Assembly (NCBI GenBank): GCA_054600435.1
Contig: BAAIJX010000020.1
Location: 310,001-374,000, forward strand
Direction of reading: 5' to 3'
Length of the DNA stretch: 64,000 bases
Source of the DNA: Neophaeotheca triangularis
Lineage: Eukaryota
The notes beneath the pieces are model-generated. The model did not search any database, was not told the DNA's origin, and saw only the letters and a list, made by a program, of their open reading frames with translations. Below, piece after piece: positions 27,127 to 39,930 of this stretch. Position numbers and translations under genes: made by a program. The first letter of the stretch is position 1. Every line of letters starts with the position of its first letter.

Positions 27127-28235
27127 CTAAGCAGCAGCCGAAGCACCCACGCTCTTCTGCGGCTTCTTCTTGGCGCCGAAAGGATTGTTCCCACCCATGA
27201 GCATATTGCTCATCATATCAAACATCGGGTTTCCCTGCGTGGGTATCTTGATACCAAAGTACATTTCGCCCACCTGTTCCAGCGCTTCCTCCCACCCGGC
27301 TTCTTTCAAATGTCCCGCGTAGTGTTGCTTCAGCTGTTTAAAGAGGTCCGCGCCCCCGCGTTGCACCGCTAGCAGTACCAGGCCGAGGAAATTGAGCAGG
27401 GGTAGGGAGGGGTAGATGCGGATATCGGATGCGGACGAAGAGATGGACTGCACGCCCAGACCCGGGTGCGTGGAGCTGAGTCTGGAAGTGAAGAGCAGCA
27501 GCGCCTTGTTGGCGGCGCGCAGGTTGCCGACGAGGAGGTAGGGCAAGACTGCGCGCGCGGCGTAGGCGGGCGCTTCGCTCGGCTCGTCGCTGCTGTACCA
27601 GGTGTATTCCATGTCGGCGAGGGTGGCGGCGGAGTCGGACGTGCCTAGGGTGAGGTGCCGCTCGGCGTCGTAGGGTTCGCCTTCTTCGGCTGCGAGAGTG
27701 CCGATGGTGTGGTGGAGGTCTGGGTCGCCGGCTGGGTAGGCGCCGTATTTGGCTGACCATCTGAAGGTTTTGTCAGTTCAGCTTGACTTGTCTCGGTTGT
27801 TTTTCCTTGGTCTCGTCCTTACTCCACTATGCCCCCGACAAACTTCTTCTTCGCCGGCTCGTTCGGGGGAAAGGCCCGCAGCAGGCTCACCAAGCGCGCC
27901 TTGTTGCCTACATCTGGCTTGAGCTCGGCTTTGTTGTAAACTTCGATCAGGTACACGCAGAGGTCGGCGCCGGAGCCGCCTTGACCGGCTTTGAGGAGGA
28001 GTGAAGCGCCCGAGGAGAGGAGGTCGATTGCGGAATCGTAGTCGGCGGATTTGATGTTGCGGTTGGCGATGGTGCGGAGCTGTTGGTGAGCCTCGTAGTA
28101 GTCGCCTTCTTCGATTCTGCGGGGGGGAGGGAATTGTTAGTTTGGTCGGGTAAGTACTGGGTATGTATGTCTTTATAGAGGCTGGTCTGACTTTGTTCGC
28201 TGGCGAGCCAGCACTTTCTGGATTTTGGCCGACAT
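27127..28235 (-). CDS. GET4: Golgi-to-ER traffic protein 4 (Get4/TRC35); 3 exons
   Basis: MSAKIQKVLARQRTK|IEEGDYYEAHQQLRTIANR, GDPDLHH.IG, AERHL.LG, PLLNFL and IG/VGEMYFGI. Confidence 0.93.
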
Positions 28236-29214
28236 GGTGGTGTGGTAAATGTGAGGTAAGATAGGTGGAAAGGTAAGGTAGGTAGGTATTATGTACGTCT
28301 AACCTACTAGTACTTAGGTACAGCTCGAAGGCCGACAAGGCAGCTCACTACTCCCGTCACTCGGATGTATATGAATGCCAAGACATCCGTGTCAATGGCT
28401 CCTCACTTCCTCACCTACACTTACTACACCAACACCTTCATACTACGGAGATACAGGTATATCTACGTATGCCTCGAATAGTATGCAATTCACATGCAGC
28501 ATGTCTACAATCAGACGCCTCTCGAACATAGCTTAGGTTTGGTGCGGTTACAACCATCTGTAGCACAAATGCCCGTGGCGGCTAGGGAGGTGGCGAATTC
28601 TGACCATGGACGGCGTCAGCGGCTCTTGTTGTATAAGGTAAATTAAGGCAACGTACCTTACCTAGGTACCTTGGGTGTGGTACGGTACAGTATGTGAGTA
28701 AGGTACCTAAGCAAGTAGGTCTAGAACGAAGCAGGAGGCGTTCATGTGCTGCCACTACCCAGGATCTTCGTTCTCGTTAAACCACAGCAGAGTCGAGTTA
28801 CAAGGCAATAATACCTACTACCTGCTTACTCTACCTACTCCATATCTAATACCTAACACTCATTAGCACTGGACCGTGGACCTGCCATTATCACCGCACT
28901 TGACCTATCAGGCCCAAGGTACGGAAAGGTACTGCAGATATCGCCAAAACGTGGCGACATTACTATGTCCCTACCTTAGGCAGCGTAACAAACACCCGAC
29001 GGCGAGTCTCACCATCGCGCCCAAAACGGCAATTGCCAACAACATCCCATCCCATCCCAAGACATCCCTCCCAGTGCCTTCGCATTCGCATTTTCCACCA
29101 TCATTCAACCACCTCTCATTCCCCTGCAATCACCCCTCACCATGCGCCGTACCTGAAACCGAGCAGCATTCATCAACAAGTACATATCGTGCGGGGTACG
29201 GTAAACCCCCTGTC

Positions 29215-32200
29215 ATGGCGTTCAGACAGGATGAACAACGCCAACGACATCGTCAGCTGTACGAAAACCGCCGAGAAAGAGAATTTTACCGGTACGTCGG
29301 CCGGTGTATGAATGACGAAGCTGGTGGCAATTGCGACTAACAACACTCAGATACTACGAACCCATCCGTGCCCTCTCCGAGTCAGGCCCCTCGTGGACAG
29401 ACCTCCACGATAAAGATGCAATCAAGGCGCATCGTCCGTTTTCTTCACCCGACAAGGCTCTTACCGCCTTCTGCCAGCTCGGCGCACTTCGTTTGGCCGC
29501 CAGGCGTGCTATGCTGTTCTTCTTTGACAGCAACTATGGCTACATCCTAGCTGAAGCAACGCGGAGTCTGAGTTTGCAAGACGATTCGGTCCATGAAATC
29601 GAAGACCACTTATGGCTAGGGCATACCATTATCCCTCGGGGCTGTAAGTTCTGCGTATACAAACGAGCTTTTGGTCTCGCTCTTGCTAATATGGGTGTGC
29701 TTGCTGCAGTCTCAGTTTGTGAGCATACTATCAATCTGCCTTCCAACATGGGCTCGAATCGCGATTTGAGTGAGAGTGCAGATGTCGTACATGTTGTCAA
29801 TGATCTCCAAGATGTGAGGACTTTACCTTTTGTTCGAGCTGGAAGTCTATCCTAATACATAATGCAGGATACCCGCTTTTGCGATCGACCCTATGTCATC
29901 AATGAGCCCAATGCAAGGTTGGTTGCAATCTACTGTCTCTAGCACAATCCAGCTGATGAGATTGAACAGATTCTACGCAGGAGTGCCTATTACAACACCC
30001 AAGGGAATCAACATCGGAGCATACTGCATCCTCGATGACAACGTTCGCAACGGCATCAGCGACAAGGATGTCACATTTTTACGAGACATGGCAGCTACGG
30101 TAATGACACACCTCGATATGGTAAGGGCAAAGGCGGAGCATCAACGCGGCACTCGCATGGTGACTGGGCTCGGGGCCTTTGTTGAAGGCGCCAGCAATTT
30201 CCATGAATGGGAAGCTCGGAATAGTCACCGCGATCGCCAGTTAATGACGTCCTCTCGACTGCCCGACATCAAGACGGCCACGGCAGTCAAAATATCGGAA
30301 GAGACGGAAAGCACCATCAAAGAGAAGAGCAACATTGGGAGCATGACTGCAACTCCGTTGAATAATCTCCAGGTTGCCCTTGAGAAGTCGCTCGAAACGG
30401 ACAGGGTGCCCAGGGTCACTGTTCAATCTCCAAAGCCGTCTCAAATATCAGATCGACATTCACCAAAGCCGCCTGAGCCCCCCGAGCGAACTCCGTCGGC
30501 CTCACCTGTTGACTCCAAGTTGTCTCAAACCAAGCATATTGAAGACTTGCAGGAGGAGACTCTGACGGCGAACGTGCGAACGACGTTCCAACGAGCCGCG
30601 CGCCTGATGCGTGAAGCGGTGGACGTCGATGGCAGCCTTTTTCTAGACGCATCAGTCGCTCGCTTTGGTGGACTGGTACAAGGCCCAGAATTGCCGAGCG
30701 GCTCCGAGCATAATTCCAGTTCTGAGGGTGTTGCTACCACTACCGACAATGCTACCGACTTGGACGAGGGTCTGACGATGTCTGAGCGAATGGGATGCAA
30801 CGATCACAAGCCATGCTCTATCCTAGGCGCTTCTTCCAGTGCCGATAGGGACACCTCGTTCAGCAACAGTCCAGACCGGGGGCCTGCAGCAAAGGAAGTT
30901 ACTGTCTCTGAGACTTTTCTTCGATCTCTACTGCGTAGAGTGAGTTGCAACTTGCCTTCATTACCTCAGATCCACCATGCTAACTACCGCAGCACCAATA
31001 CGGCAAGGTCTGGAACTTTAGCGAAGACGGCTACGCATCGGATGACGGTTCGTCGTCGGAGAACGCAAGCCGACGGAGACCCAAACTATACAAGTCGCCA
31101 CCGCGGTCGGGAGCAAACACGTCGGAGAGCAGTGCTAACGAGAGCTTCACTCCTCGAAAACGGCGTAGACGTAATCGCGCTGGCGACGCTCGGGAGATAC
31201 AACGACTCTTTCCCGGAGTGCGAAGTCTAGCTGTGATGGGCATTTGGGATCACGTTCGAAGCCGATGGTATGGAGCGAACATTATTTGGACGTACTCAGC
31301 GATGCGAGTGCTTTCCGTGGAGGGTGAACTGAGCTACATGGCTGCGTAAGGGCTCTTTCTTTATTGCGGCGAATTTCTACTAACTAAACACAGGTTCTGC
31401 GACGTGGTGATGGCTGAGGTTTCACGGCTCGATGCACAGTCCGCCGACCGCGCGAAAAGCGACTTCATTAGTTCCATCAGCCATGAGCTCCGCTCACCCC
31501 TCCACGGCATGCTCGGATCTGTGGAGTGCCTCCAAGACCAACCTTTTCTCGATTCCTTCAATACCGGCCTGCTTTCTCAAATTGAGACCTGTGGCCGAAC
31601 TTTACTCGACATCATCGATCACCTGCTTGATTTCTCGAAGATCAATTACTACGCCCAACGGGATGCCGCAAAAGCTTCGGATCCAGCGAAGAGGACTTCG
31701 AAAAAGGGCAAGGTCAAACTCAATGGCATGATGGCTTTAGACAGTGATGTCGCACTCGATAATTTGACAGAGGAGATTATTGAGACGGCAGTGTATAGTT
31801 TCTGCTGCAGTCGAGACAAGGGCGTGCTAGAGGCTCGTAACGTGACGGTGATTCTGGATATCGACCGCGCGTGCGAAACTCGATGGAACGTTTACCTCCG
31901 GACTGGTGCCTACAAACGGATCTGCATCAACCTAGTATCCAATGCACTCAAGTATACCGCGGAAGGTTATGTGCTAGTGTCTCTTCGGGCAGCACCAATA
32001 CCGAACAAGAAGAAGAAGTTCAACGCTACACTTACCGTCACTGATAGTGGGAGAGGCATGTCTAAAGATTTTCTGGAGAACGAGCTCTTTCGAGCCTTCT
32101 CGCAGGAGGATAGCCTGGCAGAGGGTACGGGTCTGGGTATGAGCTTGGTCAGCAAGATTGTCAAAGCGAATGGAGGGAGAATTGAAGTGAGGAGCCAAAA

Positions 32201-33653
32201 AGGAGTCGGTACTACTGCATCTGTCATACTCCCGCTAGAATACAGCCGACGGAAGGATGACGAGAACGCGGATGGAAGTGGAAACGTGACGCCCCCGTCG
32301 CGGCCTTTTGGCAATCTTTCCATCGGTCTTATAGGTTTTGCCGATGTCCTGCCCGCCGGTCTTGCGACCGCGAGCCAGCTCTCGCCCTCTGAGACGGCTC
32401 GCGGCCTATTACAATCGACACTGCGCAAGACTCTAGGTGACCTCGGCGTCGAATCACATCTTGTTGGCTGGTCCGTCTCGGCTGAGGTTGACGTCTACCT
32501 TATCACTGAAGTCGATCTCGCTGAGATGCGGGAGCATGTCCGTCAAATGCAATTGTCACCCGGCTCGGCTACGTCCATCCAGATCTTCGTCGCAAAACCG
32601 TTGATCGTGCTGTGCGAGAATGCCATGTCTGCTAGGAGATTGAGGGCTAGCCATATCAAGGACATGGCTGGCTCGCGGATAGCTTATATCTCGCAACCGA
32701 CCGCTCCCGTTGGTCTAAGCAAGGCCCTGCGCGAGTGTATGGAACAAGACACGACGTCCGGTAGTGAGTTTACTCAGCAAGCTGCTTGGAATGGGGCATC
32801 TCCAGCACCTTCTTATACATCACTGGAGCGAGATTCAAAGGCGCTACCACAGCGACCGAGTATGGCCCTCCGGCGACGCACAACCGGACCAAGCACCCGC
32901 CACATCAGGCCCCTCGTCCCTTCCGTCAGCAGCATCCCAGCAACACCTCAAGAAAGGGTTCTCGTTACACCCTTGCTTTCTGGCGCCGCTAGCACTCGTC
33001 TCATAAACCCAGATCTTTCAAGTCCAAACGACGGCTTCCCTTTTCCCCCAGTTGCCCCATCAGCACACAGCACACCAACATCTCCAGACGCCTCCAACAA
33101 CGACCACCTCTCACCCCGCGACATCGAACCCCTCCCAACCCCACTAACCGCACCCCCAGCGCCATCGACGACACCAAAACTCACCCTCCTCCTCGTCGAC
33201 GACAACCGCATCAATCTCCAACTCCTAATAACCTACGCCGACAAAAACCGGCACCCGAAACTCACAGCCAGCGACGGCGCCCAAGCCGTCGAAGTCTACA
33301 AAACCGCTTGCCACCCCCAGAAAACCCCTCTCCAAACCTCCTCCAGACCAACCCCCGCCCCCACCACGGCAAGCACGTCCCACCACCCCCTCCAACCCCC
33401 CGTGACCAAACCCGACGTCATCCTCATGGACATCAACATGCCCAACCTCAACGGTTTCGAAGCCACGCGGCAAATCCGTGCTTTCGAGCTGCAATGGGGT
33501 CTCAAACCTGCTGTTGTTATTGCGCTGACGGGGCTGGGGAGCGCCGATGCCCAGAGGGAGGCTTTTGGTAGTGGGGTTGATTTGTTTTTGACTAAGCCTG
33601 TTGGGTTGAGGGAGTTGACGAGGGTTTTGGAGGGCATTGCTGGTGGGGAATGA
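29215..33653 (+). CDS. Hybrid sensor histidine kinase (GAF-like + HisKA + HATPase + REC); about 6 introns
   Basis: RFYAGVPI GAF signature, H-box FISSISHELRSPLHG, NLVSNALKYT, DSGRGM, GTGLGM, and receiver LLVDDN..N, MDINMP, FLTKP. Confidence 0.92.
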
Positions 33654-34369
33654 GGGGGGGTGGGGTTTGCTGGGTCGGGGGGTCTGTGGGATTGAGGCGG
33701 GGTTGAGGTGGGTGATGTGAGTGAGGTGGGTGAGGTGGGTGGGGTGGGTGGGGTGGGTGAGGTGAGACTGCACAAGGGAGGTGCTGTGAGGTTTGGTGAG
33801 TGAACTGAGATGAGAGCTGAGAAGAACCGAGGTGAGGTGATGAAACGTAAGGCGAGGTTACTTGTCTCTTGAGGTGATCTTAGGTACATGCGTGACCAGG
33901 GATCAAGGGCATTGTCTTGATCGGTGTATCGACGGTTTTTTCGGATGGCGGTGCCGGGCCTGTCGGATGTTTATGATAATCTAGGACATGGTTGGTATGT
34001 CTCATGAAAAAAATTCAGCGTTGAGTAGCTAAGTAAAACTCGCAGCGGCGGATCTCGCAGCGTTCCTCGCCCTTTCCATACATAATACAATGCGACACGC
34101 GCAAACTTGGCTGCGGCCCGAGAAAATCAAAGAGTCTCATGATACTGCGTCTGAAGCATGCGACTAGATGGATATTATAGAAGCGAACCCTTGATCATTC
34201 ATCATCAATCGCTCACCACATGCGCCGTCCACATTGTTCCCAGCTCGAACGACTCAAGCAAGCATTCCGCATCCGTACCCTCCTCATCATAGTTGCTTTG
34301 GCATGAAAGGACTCAAGACGCACAACCCAAGACCCGGAAGCGCTCAAGAGGTCCAAATTCAGCTAAACC

Positions 34370-35142
34370 TCAGTCCTCGCCCTCGTCCTCCTCGCCCTGA
34401 CCCTTACCATCGGCTCCCGACTCCTCCTGAACCTTGGCGGAAACTTTCTTAGCGATCCGTCCACGCTTCTTCGCAGCCGGGGTAGTGGCGGCAACGGAAG
34501 GGGAAGATACCTTGTCCTCGGCGTCTTCACCGTCAGTAGCAGCAGCAGCAGCAGCTTCGACGGCGGCAGCGGCGGCTTTCTTGGAAGGCCTGCCGCGTTT
34601 CTTCTTGGCGGGAGTCTCGGTCGCCTCGACAGCCTCCTCCCCTCCCTCCTCCTCGTCCTCCTCAACCGCAACCTTCTTGGCAGGCCTACCGCGCTTCTTC
34701 TTCGCCGGAGTCTCCTCGCCCTCGGCTGCTTTCTTGCCACCACCGGCTTTGCGTTTCTTGCCACTCGTCGTCGCCGGCGTCTCAACCTCTGCCTCGTCGT
34801 CGTCGTCGTCGGTAGCGGGTGGCGCGTTCTTGATCTTCTTCAGAGTGTTCTGGACGCACTTCTTCATGCTGTCGGCGGAAGCGGCGCCAAAGGCGCTGGT
34901 GGCTTTGGCCCAGTCGATCTAGTAGTGGGTGTGGGATGTTAGCTTCGGGGTATGTAAAAGGTTGCGTGTGCTTATGGGACAGGAAGGTTTGGTTTGGAGA
35001 TGAACAGGCAACGGGGAGAGTGGAAACTTGCCTCTTGGGTTTCGCCGCTGAAGAAGACGGACAGGAGGCGGTTCTTTTCGCCGTCGTTGAGGACGCGCAT
35101 AGCGGTTTTGAAGTCGTAGTCGGAGCCTTTGGTTGTAGCCAT
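34370..35142 (-). CDS. AT-hook / HMGA-like acidic-basic nuclear protein with short N-terminal Myb-like helix region; GC-AG intron 35031-34919
   Basis: KKRGRPAKK, KKRGRPSKK and KKRGRIAKK hooks. Exon 1 MATTKGSDYDF... joins IDWAKAT in frame via a GCAAGT donor. Confidence 0.8.
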
Positions 35143-35966
35143 GGGGGGCGAGTGTTGGCGGGGTTGTAGGTTGAAGAAAAGAGTAAAAGCGTTGGTCTAC
35201 CCTGCTGGTGGAGAAAAGTCTTGAATGCTTGTCAAAGTGGTTGGCAGAGGAATGGAGAAGGTAGAGAAATCCGCAGATGAGAGAAGCAGTCTTTGTAGCG
35301 GTGGAGAGGCTGGAAGAGTCACCATGCGTCAGGTGAGGATTCCAAGCACGTGTCGCGAAAGTGAAGCCATGTCGACAGGTGAGGATGGGTTGCTAACCAG
35401 CCTCGTACAAAAGTGTTTTACTTCTCAACACCTCGGGCATGGCGTGGTTGGGGGTTGTGCAATTGGGGTATTGTGACCCGCTCGTTCACTTTGGAGTTTC
35501 AAGGGTGTACGCGATGGTGATGGATGGGTGGACGTAAGAAATATGGCTGCCTGTTCCCGCGCGACAAAGGAAACTCACATGTCTCGTCTCTGTATTTGAA
35601 AGTGAAGAATTTTGGGTCGGAAAATTTTCGAATTGTATCTGGCACTCGATAGTAACGGCTCGTCGAGCTTCGACCTTACTAGAACTACCTGGTACTGGCC
35701 ATGGAGCACCGGCAAGTGATTTGGGCACGGGCACAACGAACGCGCCATTACCGCTGTACTTTGTTAGATGGTCTCTAGACTCCAGTCCACACTTGGAAAT
35801 GGAGCAGGCGTACCTAGCATACCTCCGCCAAGACGGCTCAAAGGGCCGCTCCCTTGTCAACCCAAATCTCTTGGAATCCCATCAGGCCTTCAACTCCACA
35901 CACTTTACCGAACAACTCCCTCCCCTCGCTCATCCCCTCCCAGCGGACCCAGCCTCATGACCAACC

Positions 35967-38900
35967 TCAACCCCTATCCAAGAAAACCCCCACAAGCTTC
36001 CGTCTCCTCCTATCCCTCTCCATCCTAGCCTTCTCATTCCCACCATCCTTACCCCCACCCTCAGGCACTCGAACCAAACCGGGAGCAAAAACCTCAGCAA
36101 GAGCATCCGCGGCCGTCTCCCTAGAGAAAGAAAGCGGCGGGGGCCGCGAAGCCGAAGAACCGTTGGCATCACCACCCTTGCCCCCAAGCCCAGTCATTCT
36201 CCTAACCACGCCGACGCCCGATCGACTTTTGGAGGGACTCTTAGCGGCATCGGCAGCGGCAGCAGCATTAGCGGAACTCGTGGACATGGCGACGTCCTCG
36301 AGAACACGGCGGAGCATGCTCGTGACCAGGACGAAAGAGATGGAGTGCGGGGGCTCCTGCATGAGGATCTCTTGGAGAGAGTTCTTCTGGTCTTCGAGCG
36401 GGACGTCGCGCTTTTGCATCGTGAGGAGCTGGGTTTCGAGTTCCGGCCAGCGTGCCGAGGGGATGATGCCGTCGGGCATTGCTTGTAGGAAGGTGATGAG
36501 GAGGGAGCAGAGCGCGTAAAGGCGTTGGAGACGGGGGAGTTCTGGGGGCATGCTGGGCTCGAGGGGTGCGTCGGTGTCGAGGGCGTTGAGGGCGTCGCTC
36601 AGGGCATCTGGCCAGAGGTCGGGGTCGCTCGGTTCGTCTGGGCATGTCCAGGCTCCTGGGGCAAAAGGCCAGGCTGGGTGGAGCAGCCAGGGCGCGGGTG
36701 GGGGTTCCGTTGTGTGGTCCTCAAGTTTGATGTCGGGGGAGGTAGAGGAGGAGGTGGAAAGTCTTGGCGCTGTTGGCGCTGCAGGCGCGGTCATCATATC
36801 CCATTCAGCGATTATGCGGGCGCTCAGCTCTTCTATCGCTTCGGTCAGCCGGAACAGCTCGCGCGGCGCAGAGGAACATACTGGATCCTGGTCTTCTCCC
36901 TCCCTCGACGAGACTCTTGACAGTTCATCTTGGCTGGCTACGGAGACGGGTCGGCTGCTTGTGCTGGTTCGGCTGCTGTCGGGTCGTTGGCTTTGCCAGC
37001 GCCTGATGCCGCCTTCAGGGATGCGAATGAGCTTGTTGATGCCCCGACCGAGGCTTGTGTCTTGCCAATTGGCACGGACTGGGATGAAGTGGTCTCTGCC
37101 GCCTTCGACTCGCAGGACGAGAACGTCGTCGAGAGTTGTGAGGCCTCGATTAAGATCATGAACGATATGAGTGTCCCAGATACGGACTTGTAGGTCAACA
37201 TTGCAGGACTCGCCTGGGTCGAGCCACACAGAATGACTGTTGCTGTCGTGGCTGTGGTGGGCGCGGTCGTTGAGTTGAAGATTGATCCACTTGGGCGCTA
37301 TGCCAGGAGGCTGTCCGGGCCCCGCAGGCCTTTCGATCAAGGAGACTTTGGCTTGGACGTGGCCGGTGTTGGCTATGGTAAGGCTGCGGTTCTTTTGCTT
37401 AGCCCAGCGCACATCGCCGAAGAAGACGCCGTCGAACAGCTCTGGGTTCTCGTCCGACTTCTCAATGTCATCTTCGTGGTGCTTATCAACGACGACAGTG
37501 ACGCTAGGGCGAGTCTCGTTCTCGTTCTTATCAAGCTCGCGGGCGACCTCCTGGTGAATCTTCGATTTCAAAGAAGGTACCACGGCATCGTAACGGAGTG
37601 TAAAAATGGCATCGAGGGGTTTGTGGTCGGATGAAAGCACTCGTTGATGTGCGGTGTAGTATTCGAGGTGTAGCTCGTCTTCGAAGCCTTCCTTTGTGAT
37701 GGCCACGCCTTCGCCAGGCGTAGCGTCGTCGTTTTCGTCATAAGCATAATCATCAGCAGCGTCGTTCTCCGGGTCATAATCGTACAGTATATCTTCATCA
37801 ACTGCGGCTTGATCAGTGCCGTTGGCCTTCATCTCTTCATCGCGCTTCCTAGCGTTCTCTTCCTCTGTCATCTTGTGCTCATAAGCTAAGCGGTCACGCC
37901 GAGTTCGGTACAAGATGCGGTCGCACCAGCTCGGTGCGCGCTTCTTTTCACTTGAATCAAAGACACCTACCGTTCCGGCATCGTACTTGTAAGTAGGCAG
38001 AAACGTGACTGGACCCTCTCTCCAGCCATCGTTGAAAGCCTTCCGAGCTGCCATTTGTTGACGAAGCTCATCGTGCGGCAGCAGAGAAGACAGCGTAGTT
38101 TGCAAAGACGTCGGATCGGAGCTCTCCTCGATTTCATCTACCAGTGTGGGTGCCGTGTCTTGCGTGTCCAGGCTCTGTCTATCATAAGATGATCGTCCCG
38201 AAGGCGGAGAGGATTCGGAAGAGCTCATGCTGATGCGATCTTCAACGCGACGCTTGACTGATTCTGTATTGGCTCTCAGCTCCCGTTCTATCTTGAGGGC
38301 CGATCTCTGGCTCAAGTCGTATTCGTTGCGGGTATGCAGCATGAGTATCCGGCGCACGTCATCTCCGGGTATGCCCTCAAGTCTGTAGTTGAGGTCGCCG
38401 ACCCAAAAGGCGAAATCTTCGTCTCCTATCTGCTCACCGGTGTTTTGCGACAGGTCCATGGAGTCGGCAATGGGATCGAATCGAGTACGGCTGACTATCT
38501 GTGAGACGTCCCAGTTGCGGCGTTCTAGCGAAGCCTTGTCTGCTCCAGCAGCCAAATGAGAATTGATGAAAACCAGTCTTGTCGTTTCACCGAGCACTAT
38601 GCGTGCCGTCACAGCGCCCTTGTTCCCCATGTATCCCATGACACCGGTACCCACGCTTGTCGTGCTGACCGATTTGATCTCCTCGGCCACGTCCGGTGCC
38701 GCGAAGATCAGCAACAGCAAGCCGATCAGCTGCTGCTCCGCCACAAACTGGTAACCTTTGGGCAATGCGCTGGAAACGGAGTCTTTCCACTTGTCTGCGA
38801 TTGATGGATCGGCATAAGGTCTCACGGCTTCGGAGAAGGAGTTGACATCCACGACCTCCTGCAGGCCCAGAACATACAGCCCAATGCCGTGCCGGCCGGG

Positions 38901-39308
38901 AAGGGACCCGGGATCTCCACGAGGGATTGTGGTAGACTTGCGTTTGAAGTGCGACTCTTGAGAGCCAGCGTCCTCTCTGCTCTCCATCCTTGCCTGGTGT
39001 CGTTGATCATGATGCTCCGCCTTGCCCTCGTTCGAAATGTCCAAATCGGCCAAATCTTCCGTCACCCCTTTGCCCTCGACGAACCAAGCGCCAATGTCCT
39101 TCTCGGTGCCTTTGAAAGAGGCCACGTTCCAGGTGCCTACTTTGATGCGCACATGTTTGGGTCGCACGTAGTCGGCTCGTCTGGCGTGGACGGCATGGGC
39201 GACACTTTGGAAGCCTGTGCCTTCGTTGTAGTCGACAGGGGGGTAAGCGCCGGGGACATCCTGCATAAGGCTGCTCGAGGCGCTGCTGGTGGGCCTTGAT
39301 CGGGGCAT
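35967..39308 (-). CDS. Inositol polyphosphate 5-phosphatase, OCRL/INPP5B-like (5-phosphatase + ASH-like + RhoGAP-like)
   Basis: GTWNV, GLQE, GNKG, NSHLAA, FWVGDLNYR, PTYKYD, PSWCDRIL and SDHKP. First ATG taken as the start (ORF track begins at a TTG, 39353). Confidence 0.93.
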   Translation of the reverse strand: MPRSRPTSSASSSLMQDVPGAYPPVDYNEGTGFQSVAHAVHARRADYVRPKHVRIKVGTWNVASFKGTEKDIGAWFVEGKGVTEDLADLDISNEGKAEHHDQRHQARMESREDAGSQESHFKRKSTTIPRGDPGSLPGRHGIGLYVLGLQEVVDVNSFSEAVRPYADPSIADKWKDSVSSALPKGYQFVAEQQLIGLLLLIFAAPDVAEEIKSVSTTSVGTGVMGYMGNKGAVTARIVLGETTRLVFINSHLAAGADKASLERRNWDVSQIVSRTRFDPIADSMDLSQNTGEQIGDEDFAFWVGDLNYRLEGIPGDDVRRILMLHTRNEYDLSQRSALKIERELRANTESVKRRVEDRISMSSSESSPPSGRSSYDRQSLDTQDTAPTLVDEIEESSDPTSLQTTLSSLLPHDELRQQMAARKAFNDGWREGPVTFLPTYKYDAGTVGVFDSSEKKRAPSWCDRILYRTRRDRLAYEHKMTEEENARKRDEEMKANGTDQAAVDEDILYDYDPENDAADDYAYDENDDATPGEGVAITKEGFEDELHLEYYTAHQRVLSSDHKPLDAIFTLRYDAVVPSLKSKIHQEVARELDKNENETRPSVTVVVDKHHEDDIEKSDENPELFDGVFFGDVRWAKQKNRSLTIANTGHVQAKVSLIERPAGPGQPPGIAPKWINLQLNDRAHHSHDSNSHSVWLDPGESCNVDLQVRIWDTHIVHDLNRGLTTLDDVLVLRVEGGRDHFIPVRANWQDTSLGRGINKLIRIPEGGIRRWQSQRPDSSRTSTSSRPVSVASQDELSRVSSREGEDQDPVCSSAPRELFRLTEAIEELSARIIAEWDMMTAPAAPTAPRLSTSSSTSPDIKLEDHTTEPPPAPWLLHPAWPFAPGAWTCPDEPSDPDLWPDALSDALNALDTDAPLEPSMPPELPRLQRLYALCSLLITFLQAMPDGIIPSARWPELETQLLTMQKRDVPLEDQKNSLQEILMQEPPHSISFVLVTSMLRRVLEDVAMSTSSANAAAAADAAKSPSKSRSGVGVVRRMTGLGGKGGDANGSSASRPPPLSFSRETAADALAEVFAPGLVRVPEGGGKDGGNEKARMERDRRRRKLVGVFLDRG

Positions 39309-39930
39309 TGTTTCTGGTGATGTGGTAGGAAGTCGGGCGTGATTTTCAATCAAATTGTTCGGTAATCCGGCATGGGGTCAAGCCGCGAACCCAATGGTAC
39401 TGGTATTCTGATGAGGCCGACCATGGTCATCAATTGTTGTACGGCGGTGCAGCGGCAGCGGCAGGGCAAGAGTCTTGGGAGTCTTCCAAGTGGGAATCCT
39501 GAGCTCCACTCCGACTCGGACGTTTCTAGGCGTGGAATGCGACGCATCACACAAGGGAGCCCTCGGAAGCTGCTGCAACATGACGAGACGTCGTGATAAG
39601 GTTAGGTTCTTATCTTATCTCGCTTATCAGTCTACCCACTGGAAAACCATGAGGTGTGACTGTGGATGCCAGGGTTAGAGTTAAGGTTGGTTTGAACAAG
39701 CAAACATGCACGTGTACCTAGGTAGTGATGTGATGCCGACGTAGATAACTAGGACTGCTGCTGCATGCACAATTGCCAACATCCCTCGTCAGGCATGTCC
39801 CTTCTCAGATATGTGCCGTATCCAAAGTCATCTCATCTGCGTCCTGCCAAGTCACTTGTTTCCAACCAAGAACTCTTTCCATTCACAGCCCCAATAACGC
39901 CAGCCAGCAGGACTCGATCCAAACTCTCTC

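Noticed and set aside
33655..33860. GGTGA/GGTGG repeats after the histidine kinase, superficially telomeric or G-quadruplex-like
   Set aside because: Degenerate low-complexity 3' UTR, not TTAGGG arrays.
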